In this document: positions 21,313-29,285 of the stretch, piece after piece
How positions within the stretch are numbered: the stretch's first letter is position 1
Layout: each line of letters opens with the position of its first letter
Source: an uncultured Chloroflexia bacterium
GTDB lineage: Bacteria; Chloroflexota; Anaerolineae; Anaerolineales; Anaerolineaceae
Direction of reading: 5' to 3'
Length of the DNA: 64,000 nucleotides
NCBI GenBank assembly: GCA_963753625.1
Contig: CAVWCP010000001.1
Span: 284,714-348,713, forward strand
Notes under the pieces: generated by a model
The model's database searches: none
Seen by the model: only the letters and a program-made list of their open reading frames with translations
Told to the model about the DNA's origin: nothing
Made by a program: the position numbers and the translations under genes

Positions 21313-24300
21313 ATGAAACCACGCTTAAAAGCTCTTGAATTACATGGTTATAAAACTTTTGCCAGCAAAGTGCAATTTGAGTTTCCAGGAAATATCACTG
21401 CCATTGTCGGTCCAAATGGTTCGGGAAAATCAAATATCTCTGATGCATTCCGGTGGGTGCTGGGCGAGCAATCTTACACATTGCTACGAGGTAAAAAGAC
21501 AGAGGATATGATCTTTGCGGGATCCGATCAACGCCCTAGGGCAGGAATGGCTTCTGCAACCGTTGTGTTTGACAACGAAGAGAGCTGGCTGCCGATTGAT
21601 TACACAGAGGTTTCGGTTGCGAGGCGTGCTTATCGGGACGGGAACAACGAGTATTTGCTGAACAAACAACGTGTAAGGTTGAAAGATATTTCCGAATTAC
21701 TGGCGCAATCAGGTTTGGCAGAGCGAACCTATACGATCATCGGTCAGGGTTTGGTGGATGCCGCATTATCCTTACGACCGGAAGAACGACGGAGATTTTT
21801 TGAAGAGGCTGCCGGCATCGGTCTATTCCGCTCCAGGCGGGAAGAATCCCTCAACCGTCTTGATTCAACGCGCCGCAACCTTGAAAGGGTTCAGGACATT
21901 CTCAGCGAACTTGAACCGCGCTTACGCAGCTTGGAACGTCAGGCCAAGAAGGCGGATGAGTACGATCATATCAAGGATGACCTGCAAGTATTGTTAAAAG
22001 ACTGGTACGGATACCATTGGCAGAATACCCAGAAGGAACTTTTACGCTGTCGTGAAATCCTAAAGAACCAGGAAGAAAAAGTTAACCTGGCGCGCGAAAA
22101 ACGAGTTGGAATCGAAGCCACGGTACAGGAGACGAGAGTTCGCCTGGCAGCTGTGCGGGAAGAATTATCTGCATGGCATATGGAGTCATCAGGTTACCAC
22201 TCTAATCGCGAGAAAACGAGCAAAGAACTCGCTGTGTTGGAAGAACGCCAACGAGCGCTTCAGGAACTTGAAGGCTCGATCCAGTCAGACATTGCCCGGA
22301 ATGAAGAGCAGCTTACTTCACAGGATCAACAATTGGCTGGTCTGGTTGAAGAAAAAGAGCGTCTGATAAAGGAATTATCCGAATCTCAGGAACAACTGCT
22401 TGAGGCTCAAAAACAACTTCAACTCCACCAGGCTGAACGTGAAACTGTTGAGAGTCAACTTCGGCAGCAACGCAGGTTATTAACCGATGCAGAAACACGG
22501 CAGGTGCAACTACGTGCGCATCAGCGCGAATTAACCACCCGGTTGGAAACGCAACAATCAACGGTCACAACACTTGCCTCGGCTATTGAACAGAGCGAAC
22601 CACAATATAAATCGCTCAGCGAGCAAAGAGATCTTGCCCAGAAAAAAATTGAGACTGAAAAGCAAAGTCTGGAGCAACTACAAACGACCATTAGCAAGGT
22701 CGAAGAAGAGATTAGGGGTACTGAACAGGAAGAAAAGGCAGTTACCCAGGAGTTAATGGAAACAGAACGTGCTCTTTCAAGGATGAGAGCTCAGTTTGAA
22801 GTCCTTGAACAGGCTGAAATGGCGTTAACAGGTCTGGCTGAGGGAGCAAAAAACCTCATCTCTGCAGCTAAACAAGGAAGATTAAAAGGGAACCTAAAAA
22901 CGATCGGTACGTTACTGGATGTTCCGGTGGAACTTGAAGTAGCCATCGGTTCAGTTCTGGGCGACCAACTGGATGGAATTGTGCTTGATCCCTCTGTGGA
23001 TACCGAAGAAATTTTGCGTTACCTGGAGGAAAGCGAAAGTGGGAGGGCAATACTTCTGCCGCATTCGTGGATCAAATCTGTAGAGAAATTCAAGAACCTG
23101 AATGACCCGGACTTCATCGGGATTGCTTCGGAATTGGTGAAGACCAACGAAGCAAATAGGCAAGTCGTCAACCTGCTTCTCGGGCAAGTGATTGTTGTTA
23201 AGAACCGCAATACTGCCAAGCGGATGGTTGCATCCATTCCAGCGAACGGACGGATCGTAACGCTCACTGGTGAAGTTTTTTCAGGCACCGGGGTAATTAT
23301 CGCCGGCAAAGATAAACGCGCCACAATTGTTGGAAGACCCAGGCAGCGAAAAGAACTTGAAGAAAGCATTAATGAATTGGTCTCCGATAAGAATGCCAGT
23401 GATACCAGAATCGGAGGCATCCGTACGAAGTTGCAACAATTGGTGCGTCAACGCGAGGTACATGTCGTTGATGTCAAGAAGTCTAGAACAACCCTCGATA
23501 TCCTGGAAAGGGAGTACCAGAACTTCAACCGATCCTTTGAGCAGCACCAGCAAAAAAGCGATTGGCAGAAATCCCAGCTCTCACTGGTGAATATTGATCT
23601 GAACAAAAGCAAAGAGGAAATTACTTCAATTGAGGGACAAATTAAGGATGGGTCCATCAGGATCAACGAGTTAAATGCAAGTATGCAAGATTTCAATACT
23701 CGCATGAAAGCAGTTCCTCTGGATGAATATCAATCCCAGGTCGCCCATTGGAACACTACTGTGGCTGTGAATACCCGTGGGGTCAGTGATGCCGAAAGGC
23801 GTTACAACGAATTCCTGCAGACCATCAATAGAAGTAAAACAACCTTAGGTGAACTCAATGTCCGGTTATCTGGAATCAAGACTCAATTGGTGGAAGTTGA
23901 AACCCTCAAATCAAATTTGAATGAAAGTGAAAAAGTCGTTAATCAGAAGATCCAGGAACTAACCATCAAAATTGAGCCAGCTGAAGCAGACCTGCAAAAA
24001 CTGGAGAATGAATATTCCAGGTTACAGGATGGATATACCCAGGCGCAACAGGTGGAAACGAACTATGAACGCAACAGCACACAGGCTCAATTGGAACTTG
24101 CGCGAACCAGAGAAAGCCTCGAAAGCCTTCGCAGAAAGATCGAAGAAGACTTTGGACTGGTCACGCTGGATTACTCAGAGGATATTTCTGGACCCACACC
24201 CCTGCCATTGGAAGGCGTGAGTGAACTAAAAGTGATTACAGAGATACCCCCGGGGCTGGAGGAATCCATCAACCGCCAGCGAGCATTAATGAGGCGCATG

Positions 24301-24918
24301 GGCGCGATAAACCCGGATGCTCAAAAGGAATTCTACGAAGTGAAGGAACGCTACGGATTCCTTTCAGAACAAATGGACGACCTGAAAAAAGCAGATACTG
24401 ATCTTCGGCAGATCATCAGTGAACTGGATGACATGATGCGGAAGCAATTCCGCAGTACCTTTAATGCTGTGGCGATTGAATTCAAGCAAATGTTTACACG
24501 GTTGTTTGGCGGGGGGTCAGCGCGGTTGATCCTGACAGATGATGAGAATCCGACTGAAACCGGGATTGATATCGAAGCCAAGCTTCCAGGCCGGCGGGAA
24601 CAGGGGCTTCTATTGCTGTCAGGTGGTGAGAGGGCTTTAACTGCTGTTGCGTTGATCTTTGCCCTGCTTAAAGTGTCTCCAACGCCATTCTGTGTGATGG
24701 ATGAGGTCGACGCCATGCTGGATGAGGCAAATGTAGGCAGGTTTACAGAATTGCTCAAGGAACTGAGCCTCGAAACCCAATTCATCGTCATCACGCATAA
24801 CAGGAATACTGTTCAGGTGGCAGATGTGATCTACGGGGTCACCATGGGAAGAGACTCCGCCAGCCAGGTGATCAGCCTGCGCCTGGATGAAGTTAGTGAA
24901 GACATGGTACGCAAATAG
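21313..24918 (+). CDS. smc: Chromosome segregation protein SMC
   Basis: Intact 1201-aa ORF with Walker A GPNGSGKSN, long coiled coils around a hinge, the signature LSGGERALTAVALIFAL and Walker B FCVMDEVDAMLD. Confidence 0.95.
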   Translation: MKPRLKALELHGYKTFASKVQFEFPGNITAIVGPNGSGKSNISDAFRWVLGEQSYTLLRGKKTEDMIFAGSDQRPRAGMASATVVFDNEESWLPIDYTEVSVARRAYRDGNNEYLLNKQRVRLKDISELLAQSGLAERTYTIIGQGLVDAALSLRPEERRRFFEEAAGIGLFRSRREESLNRLDSTRRNLERVQDILSELEPRLRSLERQAKKADEYDHIKDDLQVLLKDWYGYHWQNTQKELLRCREILKNQEEKVNLAREKRVGIEATVQETRVRLAAVREELSAWHMESSGYHSNREKTSKELAVLEERQRALQELEGSIQSDIARNEEQLTSQDQQLAGLVEEKERLIKELSESQEQLLEAQKQLQLHQAERETVESQLRQQRRLLTDAETRQVQLRAHQRELTTRLETQQSTVTTLASAIEQSEPQYKSLSEQRDLAQKKIETEKQSLEQLQTTISKVEEEIRGTEQEEKAVTQELMETERALSRMRAQFEVLEQAEMALTGLAEGAKNLISAAKQGRLKGNLKTIGTLLDVPVELEVAIGSVLGDQLDGIVLDPSVDTEEILRYLEESESGRAILLPHSWIKSVEKFKNLNDPDFIGIASELVKTNEANRQVVNLLLGQVIVVKNRNTAKRMVASIPANGRIVTLTGEVFSGTGVIIAGKDKRATIVGRPRQRKELEESINELVSDKNASDTRIGGIRTKLQQLVRQREVHVVDVKKSRTTLDILEREYQNFNRSFEQHQQKSDWQKSQLSLVNIDLNKSKEEITSIEGQIKDGSIRINELNASMQDFNTRMKAVPLDEYQSQVAHWNTTVAVNTRGVSDAERRYNEFLQTINRSKTTLGELNVRLSGIKTQLVEVETLKSNLNESEKVVNQKIQELTIKIEPAEADLQKLENEYSRLQDGYTQAQQVETNYERNSTQAQLELARTRESLESLRRKIEEDFGLVTLDYSEDISGPTPLPLEGVSELKVITEIPPGLEESINRQRALMRRMGAINPDAQKEFYEVKERYGFLSEQMDDLKKADTDLRQIISELDDMMRKQFRSTFNAVAIEFKQMFTRLFGGGSARLILTDDENPTETGIDIEAKLPGRREQGLLLLSGGERALTAVALIFALLKVSPTPFCVMDEVDAMLDEANVGRFTELLKELSLETQFIVITHNRNTVQVADVIYGVTMGRDSASQVISLRLDEVSEDMVRK

Positions 24919-24955
24919 AAAAAGAGGTCATGGTTTTCCATGACCTCTTTTTTTA
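24919..24955. terminator. Bidirectional intrinsic terminator between smc and the PPIase gene
   Basis: aaaa-AGAGGTCATGG-tttt-CCATGACCTCT-ttttttt: a perfect 11-bp stem. Confidence 0.8.
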
Positions 24956-24961
24956 TGGTGA

Positions 24962-26289
24962 TTATTGTGCAATTCTATAATTGGCAGGAATTGTCGGTTC
25001 ACTGGGAACAACAGAAGCCCAAATATTGAACTTCTTAATCTCAGCTTCAGTTTTTGCCTGTTCAATGGCTTTTGAATATGCAGCGCTTTTAATGGTATTT
25101 AATTCATCTGAATTAAGCGTGCGTACTTCGTGCCCGATCACCTGGATAATGTGATAACCAAAAGTGGTCTTGACAGGTTCACTGACTTCGCCAATTTTCA
25201 ACGCATAGGCAGCAGTTTCGAATTCCTCGACCATCTGACCTTTGCCAAACCAACCCAGATCACCGCCATTGGCGCTGTTTGAGGCGTCGGTCGACATTTT
25301 GGCAGCCAAATCAGTCCAATCTTCACCTTCACCAAGCTTGGTGAGGATCAACCTGGCTTCGGGTTCAGTGGCGACAAGGATATGCCGTGCCCAAACCATT
25401 TCCTGGTCTGCAGCGATATCCTTGGTAAGTTCTTCGAATACTTTTTGCTGCAGCAAACTATTCAAGACGTATTCGCGGAAATCCGCCTCAGTGAACCCAG
25501 TTTCGGTGTTCATGTTGGCAACCATGGTCGAATAAACACCTGTAAAACCTTCATAGGTGTATTCAGTGGGGGTCGGGGGGATTTCCGTGGCTGTGGGAGC
25601 TTCAGTTGGAGTCTCTGTTGCGGCACACCAGTTGCTGTCAATTGTTCGGAGTCACCGTCGGTTCAAGTGTACGTTGGTTCAAGGTGGCAGTCGCAGTGGG
25701 GAATCGGTAGGACTCAGGGGTAGCCGTGATCAAAGCCTTCTGCGTGCCTGAAAGTGTGCTTGTCGGGTAGATTTGTTCAGTCGGGGCAGGAGTGGGGGTA
25801 CCGTTGGCAAAATAACCAAAATTCTCCTGGATGAAAAGATTGAGTTCATCCTCTGAGACAGTGATACCCATCTCGGCAGCCTTCTGTTTCACCAACTTCC
25901 TCCTGGATCATCGTATCAAGCACGTTCTCACCAAAGGTGATGTAATCATCAAGTTGATTTTGAACACCCAACAACTGTGACTGAAAGAAATACGCAAAAT
26001 CAGAAAGTGCATATTGAAGGAATGTCTGTGTGAGTGAGAAGCGTTCGTACTTGACACGCTTCTGGAATTGGTCAACCGAAATGGTGGTCTGGTTCACTTT
26101 TGCCACCGTTTTGTGAGGTTTAAAAACGGTATCGTTCAACAAGCCGTAAACCACCAATAGAAAAATTGCCCCGAGGATAGCGATAAGGCTAATGAGCAGG
26201 GTTTTTTTCTGGCGGTTTTCTTTTTCCTGGCGAGCCAAGTGCTTCTTGGAATGGATCTTGGGTGCTTCTTCTTGTGTATCTTTGGGCAT
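24962..26289 (-). pseudogene. Membrane-anchored parvulin-type peptidyl-prolyl isomerase (PrsA/SurA-like); frame changes
   Basis: The N-terminal anchor is LISLIAILGAIFLLVVYGLL (ORF 25846..26289), the middle piece is ORF 25638..25895, and the parvulin domain is ARHILV..GGDLGWFGKGQMVEEFETAAYAL..GYHIIQV (ORF 24962..25525). Confidence 0.8.
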
Positions 26290-26361
26290 GACTGACCTCG
26301 TTTAATAAACTGATAGGGCATCGAGTTGATCTCAATGCCCAAAAACGTGTTCAAATTTGAT

Positions 26362-26658
26362 TTATCGAATCGCGTCTGACCAGCGTTCGCCTGTGAAGGG
26401 CAGCAAGGCTATGTGCCTGGCGCGTTTCACGGCAACTGCCAGCGCACGTTGATGGCGGGCACAAGTGCCAGTCTGGCGTCTTGGGCGAATGCGGCCATCT
26501 TCAGTGACAAAGCGTCGAAGCATGTCTGCCTGTTTATAGTCGATCGCAATGCTTTTGTCTGCGCAAAAATGGCAGATCTTGGGTCTGGCGATAAAACGGC
26601 GGGATCCGGATCCGGAAAAGCGCTCGTTTTCGCTGAAATTTTCTTCTGACATATTCAT
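26362..26658 (-). CDS. rpsR: 30S ribosomal protein S18
   Basis: [64 protein letters not shown]. The start is ATG 26658 or 26652, just after the ssb stop. Confidence 0.9.
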   Translation of the reverse strand: MNMSEENFSENERFSGSGSRRFIARPKICHFCADKSIAIDYKQADMLRRFVTEDGRIRPRRQTGTCARHQRALAVAVKRARHIALLPFTGERWSDAIR

Positions 26659-26665
26659 TACTCCA

Positions 26666-27070
26666 TTAGTACGGATATTCTTCGTCTGGTTGTGAGTCTG
26701 GTTCGTGTGTTTCGGAATTTGGCTGGTCATATTCACGGCGTTCACCGAGAATCATCATTTCGGAGGCAACCACCTCAACACTGGAGCGTTTACCATTTTC
26801 GGCATCTTCCCAGCGGTGGGTTTGCAGGCGTCCTTCAATATAAACCTGCTGCCCCTTGACCAGATGCTGTTTGCAGATCTCAGCCAGGTTACCCCAGGCG
26901 ACGACGTTGAACCATTCGGTCTCACTGTGCTTTTCACCGTCTGATGAGTTCCAGGTGCGGTTGGTGGCAACAGTGAAAGTGGTGACGGGGCGCCCGGTGG
27001 GCGTATAACGCATTTCGGGGTCTCGTCCCAAATGACCAATGATCATCACTTTATTCAGATCTCTGCTCAT
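26666..27070 (-). CDS. ssb: Single-stranded DNA-binding protein
   Basis: The OB fold is [45 protein letters not shown], with an acidic C-terminal tail ..DEEYPY. Confidence 0.95.
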   Translation of the reverse strand: MSRDLNKVMIIGHLGRDPEMRYTPTGRPVTTFTVATNRTWNSSDGEKHSETEWFNVVAWGNLAEICKQHLVKGQQVYIEGRLQTHRWEDAENGKRSSVEVVASEMMILGERREYDQPNSETHEPDSQPDEEYPY

Positions 27071-27099
27071 TCCTTACTCCACTAAAACCAAAGAACAGG

Positions 27100-27387
27100 T
27101 TATTCCTCAACAACTGTGATCATGAACCGGATAACTGGTTCGAGGAAGCGCAGCTGGCGGTCTAAATCATTGGCGAAAGTCGGGGCGAAATTGGCGGTGA
27201 TGAGAGCATATTGACCATCGCGCTGCTTGTTGATCACATACGCCAGGCGGCGTTTACCCCAGACATCCAGCTTTTCAACTGAACCTCCGGCGGTGGTGAT
27301 CCAACCCTGAACCTTCTCGATGACGCCTTTAAACGCAGTTTCATCCAGTTCAGAATTAACAATCAAAACAACTTCATAATTACGCAT
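27100..27387 (-). CDS. rpsF: 30S ribosomal protein S6
   Basis: MRNYEVVLIVNSELDE..WGKRRLAYVINKQRDGQYALI, in the canonical rpsF-ssb-rpsR order. Confidence 0.95.
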   Translation of the reverse strand: MRNYEVVLIVNSELDETAFKGVIEKVQGWITTAGGSVEKLDVWGKRRLAYVINKQRDGQYALITANFAPTFANDLDRQLRFLEPVIRFMITVVEE

Positions 27388-27488
27388 TATGGAAACCTCC
27401 TTTCCACGGGTTTGCCCCTGGAATTCACCGTGGATGAAGCCGGGAGCGGAAAGGCAGCAGAATAATTACTGCTTACCAGGGCATTATT

Positions 27489-27518
27489 TTACCACAATTG
27501 GCGGATAAGTGGTAAAAT
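27489..27518 (+). promoter_or_regulatory. Sigma-70-like promoter candidate for tRNA-Gln
   Basis: TTACCA, an 18-nt spacer, then TAAAAT (27513-27518), 12 nt upstream of the tRNA 5' end. Confidence 0.4.
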
Positions 27519-27529
27519 ATTTGTTGCAC

Positions 27530-27600
27530 TGGGGGCTCGTCTAATGGTAGGACGACTGTCTCTGGAACAGTTAGTAGCAGTTCGAATCTGTTGCCCCCAG
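27530..27600 (+). tRNA. tRNA-Gln (anticodon CTG)
   Basis: Hand-folded cloverleaf: acceptor TGGGGGC/GCCCCCA, anticodon stem ACTGT/ACAGT with loop CT-CTG-GA, T arm AGCAG-TTCGAAT-CTGTT, discriminator G. It is followed by CC and then T, so CCA is not fully encoded. Confidence 0.9.
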
Positions 27601-27605
27601 CCTTT

Positions 27606-27628
27606 GGCTCTCGTGAGAGAGCCTTTTT
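27606..27628 (+). terminator. Intrinsic terminator after tRNA-Gln
   Basis: GGCTCTC-gtga-GAGAGCC-ttttt. Confidence 0.7.
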
Positions 27629-27840
27629 GTTAGCAATTCGAAATCCCATCGAGGGACGATGTCTGTTGCCCCCAGCCTAAACTCGCAATTTAGCGAGTTT
27701 TTGTTAAAGAGCAGTTCGAATCCCATCTCCCACTGCGCTTCGCTCCGGGGTGCTTCGCAAGGGATAATAATCTGTTGCCCCCAGCCAATGTGACCCGCAA
27801 GGGTCACTTTCTTATCTAGAGCAGTTCGAATCCCAATCAT
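27629..27840 (+). repeat. Array of degenerate tRNA-Gln 3'-end copies (att-scar-like), each followed by its own hairpin
   Basis: The exact 16-mer TCTGTTGCCCCCAGCC recurs at 27662-27677 and 27771-27786; the original is at 27587-27602. GCAGTTCGAATC recurs at 27711-27722 and 27821-27832, with a degenerate copy at 27633-27645. Hairpins with T runs lie at 27679-27702 and 27790-27813. Confidence 0.8.
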
Positions 27841-27983
27841 ATGCTACTGGAAGAGCATAAGAGACCAACTATCTTTGGATTTGGCTTCCTCAGCGATTGT
27901 TGACACTTATGTATTTGGTTTTGAAAGAACTGACAAAATAACCAGAAGATGCCTGAATACAGTATTCGTTTTCTCTTGATTCG

Positions 27984-28469
27984 TTAAAAATTAAAAGTGG
28001 GAGCGAATGGGAAACGAATCAAGAGGTCTCCCGGTAATCCCTGGGGTCGGCTGCGTCTGTACGCAACTGCTTGTATTTGGCGAGCAAAGCCTGGTAAGTT
28101 TCTGGGGTGAAATTCATCAAGGCCGGGAGTGGATGTGGATATCCCTGACCTGGAGGTAAGGTTGATGAGGCGGATCAACCCAGTGACAGCCATGCTGAGC
28201 GAGCGCAAGGCTTCAGTGGACTCCGCCAAATTACCGGCATGTTGACTGACCTCATAGGTAATCTGAATGGATCTTTTTAACTTATCGATCAAGTCATTAA
28301 TATCCGGTATGTGTGCCTCAACCCGGGTGGAATTACGAAGGCGGCAGCCGGCGAGGTAGAGACCGTGTTTGAGGGCGTTGGTGTTGCCAGGCTGACCTCC
28401 GCGTTTACGCTTCTGGCTAATAATTCCAGGCTGGTGCAGTTTCGGGGCTTCGGCTGGGGATTGGGCCAT
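27984..28469 (-). CDS. Hypothetical small basic protein with an N-terminal GGQPGNTNALKHG motif
   Basis: ATG 28469 is preceded by GGAGGA. The 161-aa product is MAQSPAEAPKLHQPGIISQKRKRGGQPGNTNALKHGLY.. followed by a predicted helical region. I recall similar GNxNAxKHG N-termini in phage- or mobile-element-associated small proteins, but I cannot verify that here. Confidence 0.55.
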   Translation of the reverse strand: MAQSPAEAPKLHQPGIISQKRKRGGQPGNTNALKHGLYLAGCRLRNSTRVEAHIPDINDLIDKLKRSIQITYEVSQHAGNLAESTEALRSLSMAVTGLIRLINLTSRSGISTSTPGLDEFHPRNLPGFARQIQAVAYRRSRPQGLPGDLLIRFPFAPTFNF

Positions 28470-28525
28470 GGTTCCTCCGTGGGAGAACGTAGAACATATA
28501 TTACTATATCTATTATTCCACGAAA

Positions 28526-28587
28526 TGGCGAATTTACAACTTGCCAGATTGGCGAATTTTTTGGTCAAAACTTGCCAATTTGGCAAG
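28526..28587. promoter_or_regulatory. Operator-like palindrome and half-sites upstream of the small basic protein gene
   Basis: A perfect 17-bp palindrome CTTGCCAAtTTGGCAAG lies at 28571-28587. Related elements are CTTGCCAgaTTGGCGAA (28540-28556) and TGGCGAATTT (28526-28535). Confidence 0.45.
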
Positions 28588-28980
28588 TTTTTAAGTAAAT
28601 TTAAGAAATCGGCAGCATAATTGGGGATTGCTTCGCCTACCTACTAGGCTCGCAATGACAAGTACGGCTGGTAATGAGGCAAACTATTTGGGGAGGTCGT
28701 GGAGATCGGCAGCATAATTGGGGATTGCTTCGCCTGCCTACGAGGCTCGCAATGACAAGTACGGCTGGCAATTTGGCAAGTTTTTAGGGAAGTCCTGGAA
28801 ATCGGCAGCATAATCGGGGATTGCTTCGCCTGCCTACGAGACTCGCAATGACAAGTACGGCTGGCAATTTGGCAAGTTTTTGGGGAAGTCCCGGAAATCG
28901 GCAAGCTTAATCGGGGATTGCTTCGCCTGACTACGAGGCTCGCAATGACAAGTACGCCTGGCAATTAGGCAAGTTTTTCG
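28574..28980. repeat. Tandem repeat, about 96-bp unit x 4.3 copies
   Basis: Units lie at 28574-28669, 28670-28766, 28767-28862 and 28863-28958, with a partial copy from 28959. Each holds (G)GCAATTTGGCAAGTTTTT and an imperfect hairpin core GGGGATTGCTTCGCC-tgcctacga-GGCTCGCAATGACAAGTACGG. Copies differ by a few substitutions. Confidence 0.9.
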
Positions 28981-29142
28981 AAATTATTGACCACGAAACA
29001 CAGATTATTAGCGATTTACTCAATAAAAGAATTCGGACCAGTTGTGGGGCGCCATCTACAACCCTTAATTGCCATACTTATAATATTCAAATCATTAATT
29101 GTGTATAAGGAATCGAAATGATCTTATAGAATCACAAAAATA

Positions 29143-29172
29143 TTGACAAATGGGATAAAAATGGTGTAATAT
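29143..29172 (+). promoter_or_regulatory. Strong sigma-70-like promoter candidate
   Basis: TTGACA (29143-29148), an 18-nt spacer, then TAATAT (29167-29172). Confidence 0.5.
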
Positions 29173-29190
29173 GTTTTCACCAATTGTCCT

Positions 29191-29216
29191 AAACGCCGAG
29201 GATCTCTCGGCGTTTT
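29191..29216. terminator. Terminator-like hairpin about 20 nt downstream of the promoter candidate
   Basis: aaa-CGCCGAG-gatct-CTCGGCG-tttt. Confidence 0.5.
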
Positions 29217-29285
29217 GCGTCTCGATATTGCGCTATTTATTCAGGATTAACCTGGAGAAAATTGGCTTACTACTGTGCGAATTGA

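Noticed and set aside
20655-24794. Long antisense or alternative-frame ORFs inside rnc and smc (20655..21158, 23019..23420, 24351..24794)
   Set aside because: These are shadow ORFs within well-supported intact genes, with no RBS or recognisable domains. The same applies to 41187..41714 (prfB), 32601..33065 (MFS), 50746..51204 (glycerate kinase-like) and 48599..49240 (acetyl-CoA synthetase).
27571-27840. 89-aa minus-strand ORF spanning the tRNA-Gln 3' end and the repeat array
   Set aside because: It overlaps a tRNA and terminator hairpins, and it is open only because the repeated GC-rich motif lacks stops.
28767-28790. Sigma-54 (-24/-12) promoters in the TGGCAAtttGGCAAG motif, given that rpoN is in the window
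   Set aside because: The GG and GC dinucleotides are about 9 nt apart instead of the 12-nt register of TGGCAC-N5-TTGCW. A second look-alike at about 29254-29272 (TGGCTTactacTGTGC) is off by one.
28644-28964. 106-aa ORF with an internally repetitive sequence (..CHCESRRQAKQSPIMLPIS..)
   Set aside because: It is simply the translation of the 96-bp tandem repeat on the minus strand. It has a TTG start, no RBS, and its periodicity equals the DNA repeat.
28574-28980. CRISPR array
   Set aside because: The units are contiguous 96-bp near-identical repeats with no unique spacers. The unit length is far outside the CRISPR repeat range, and no cas genes are in the window.
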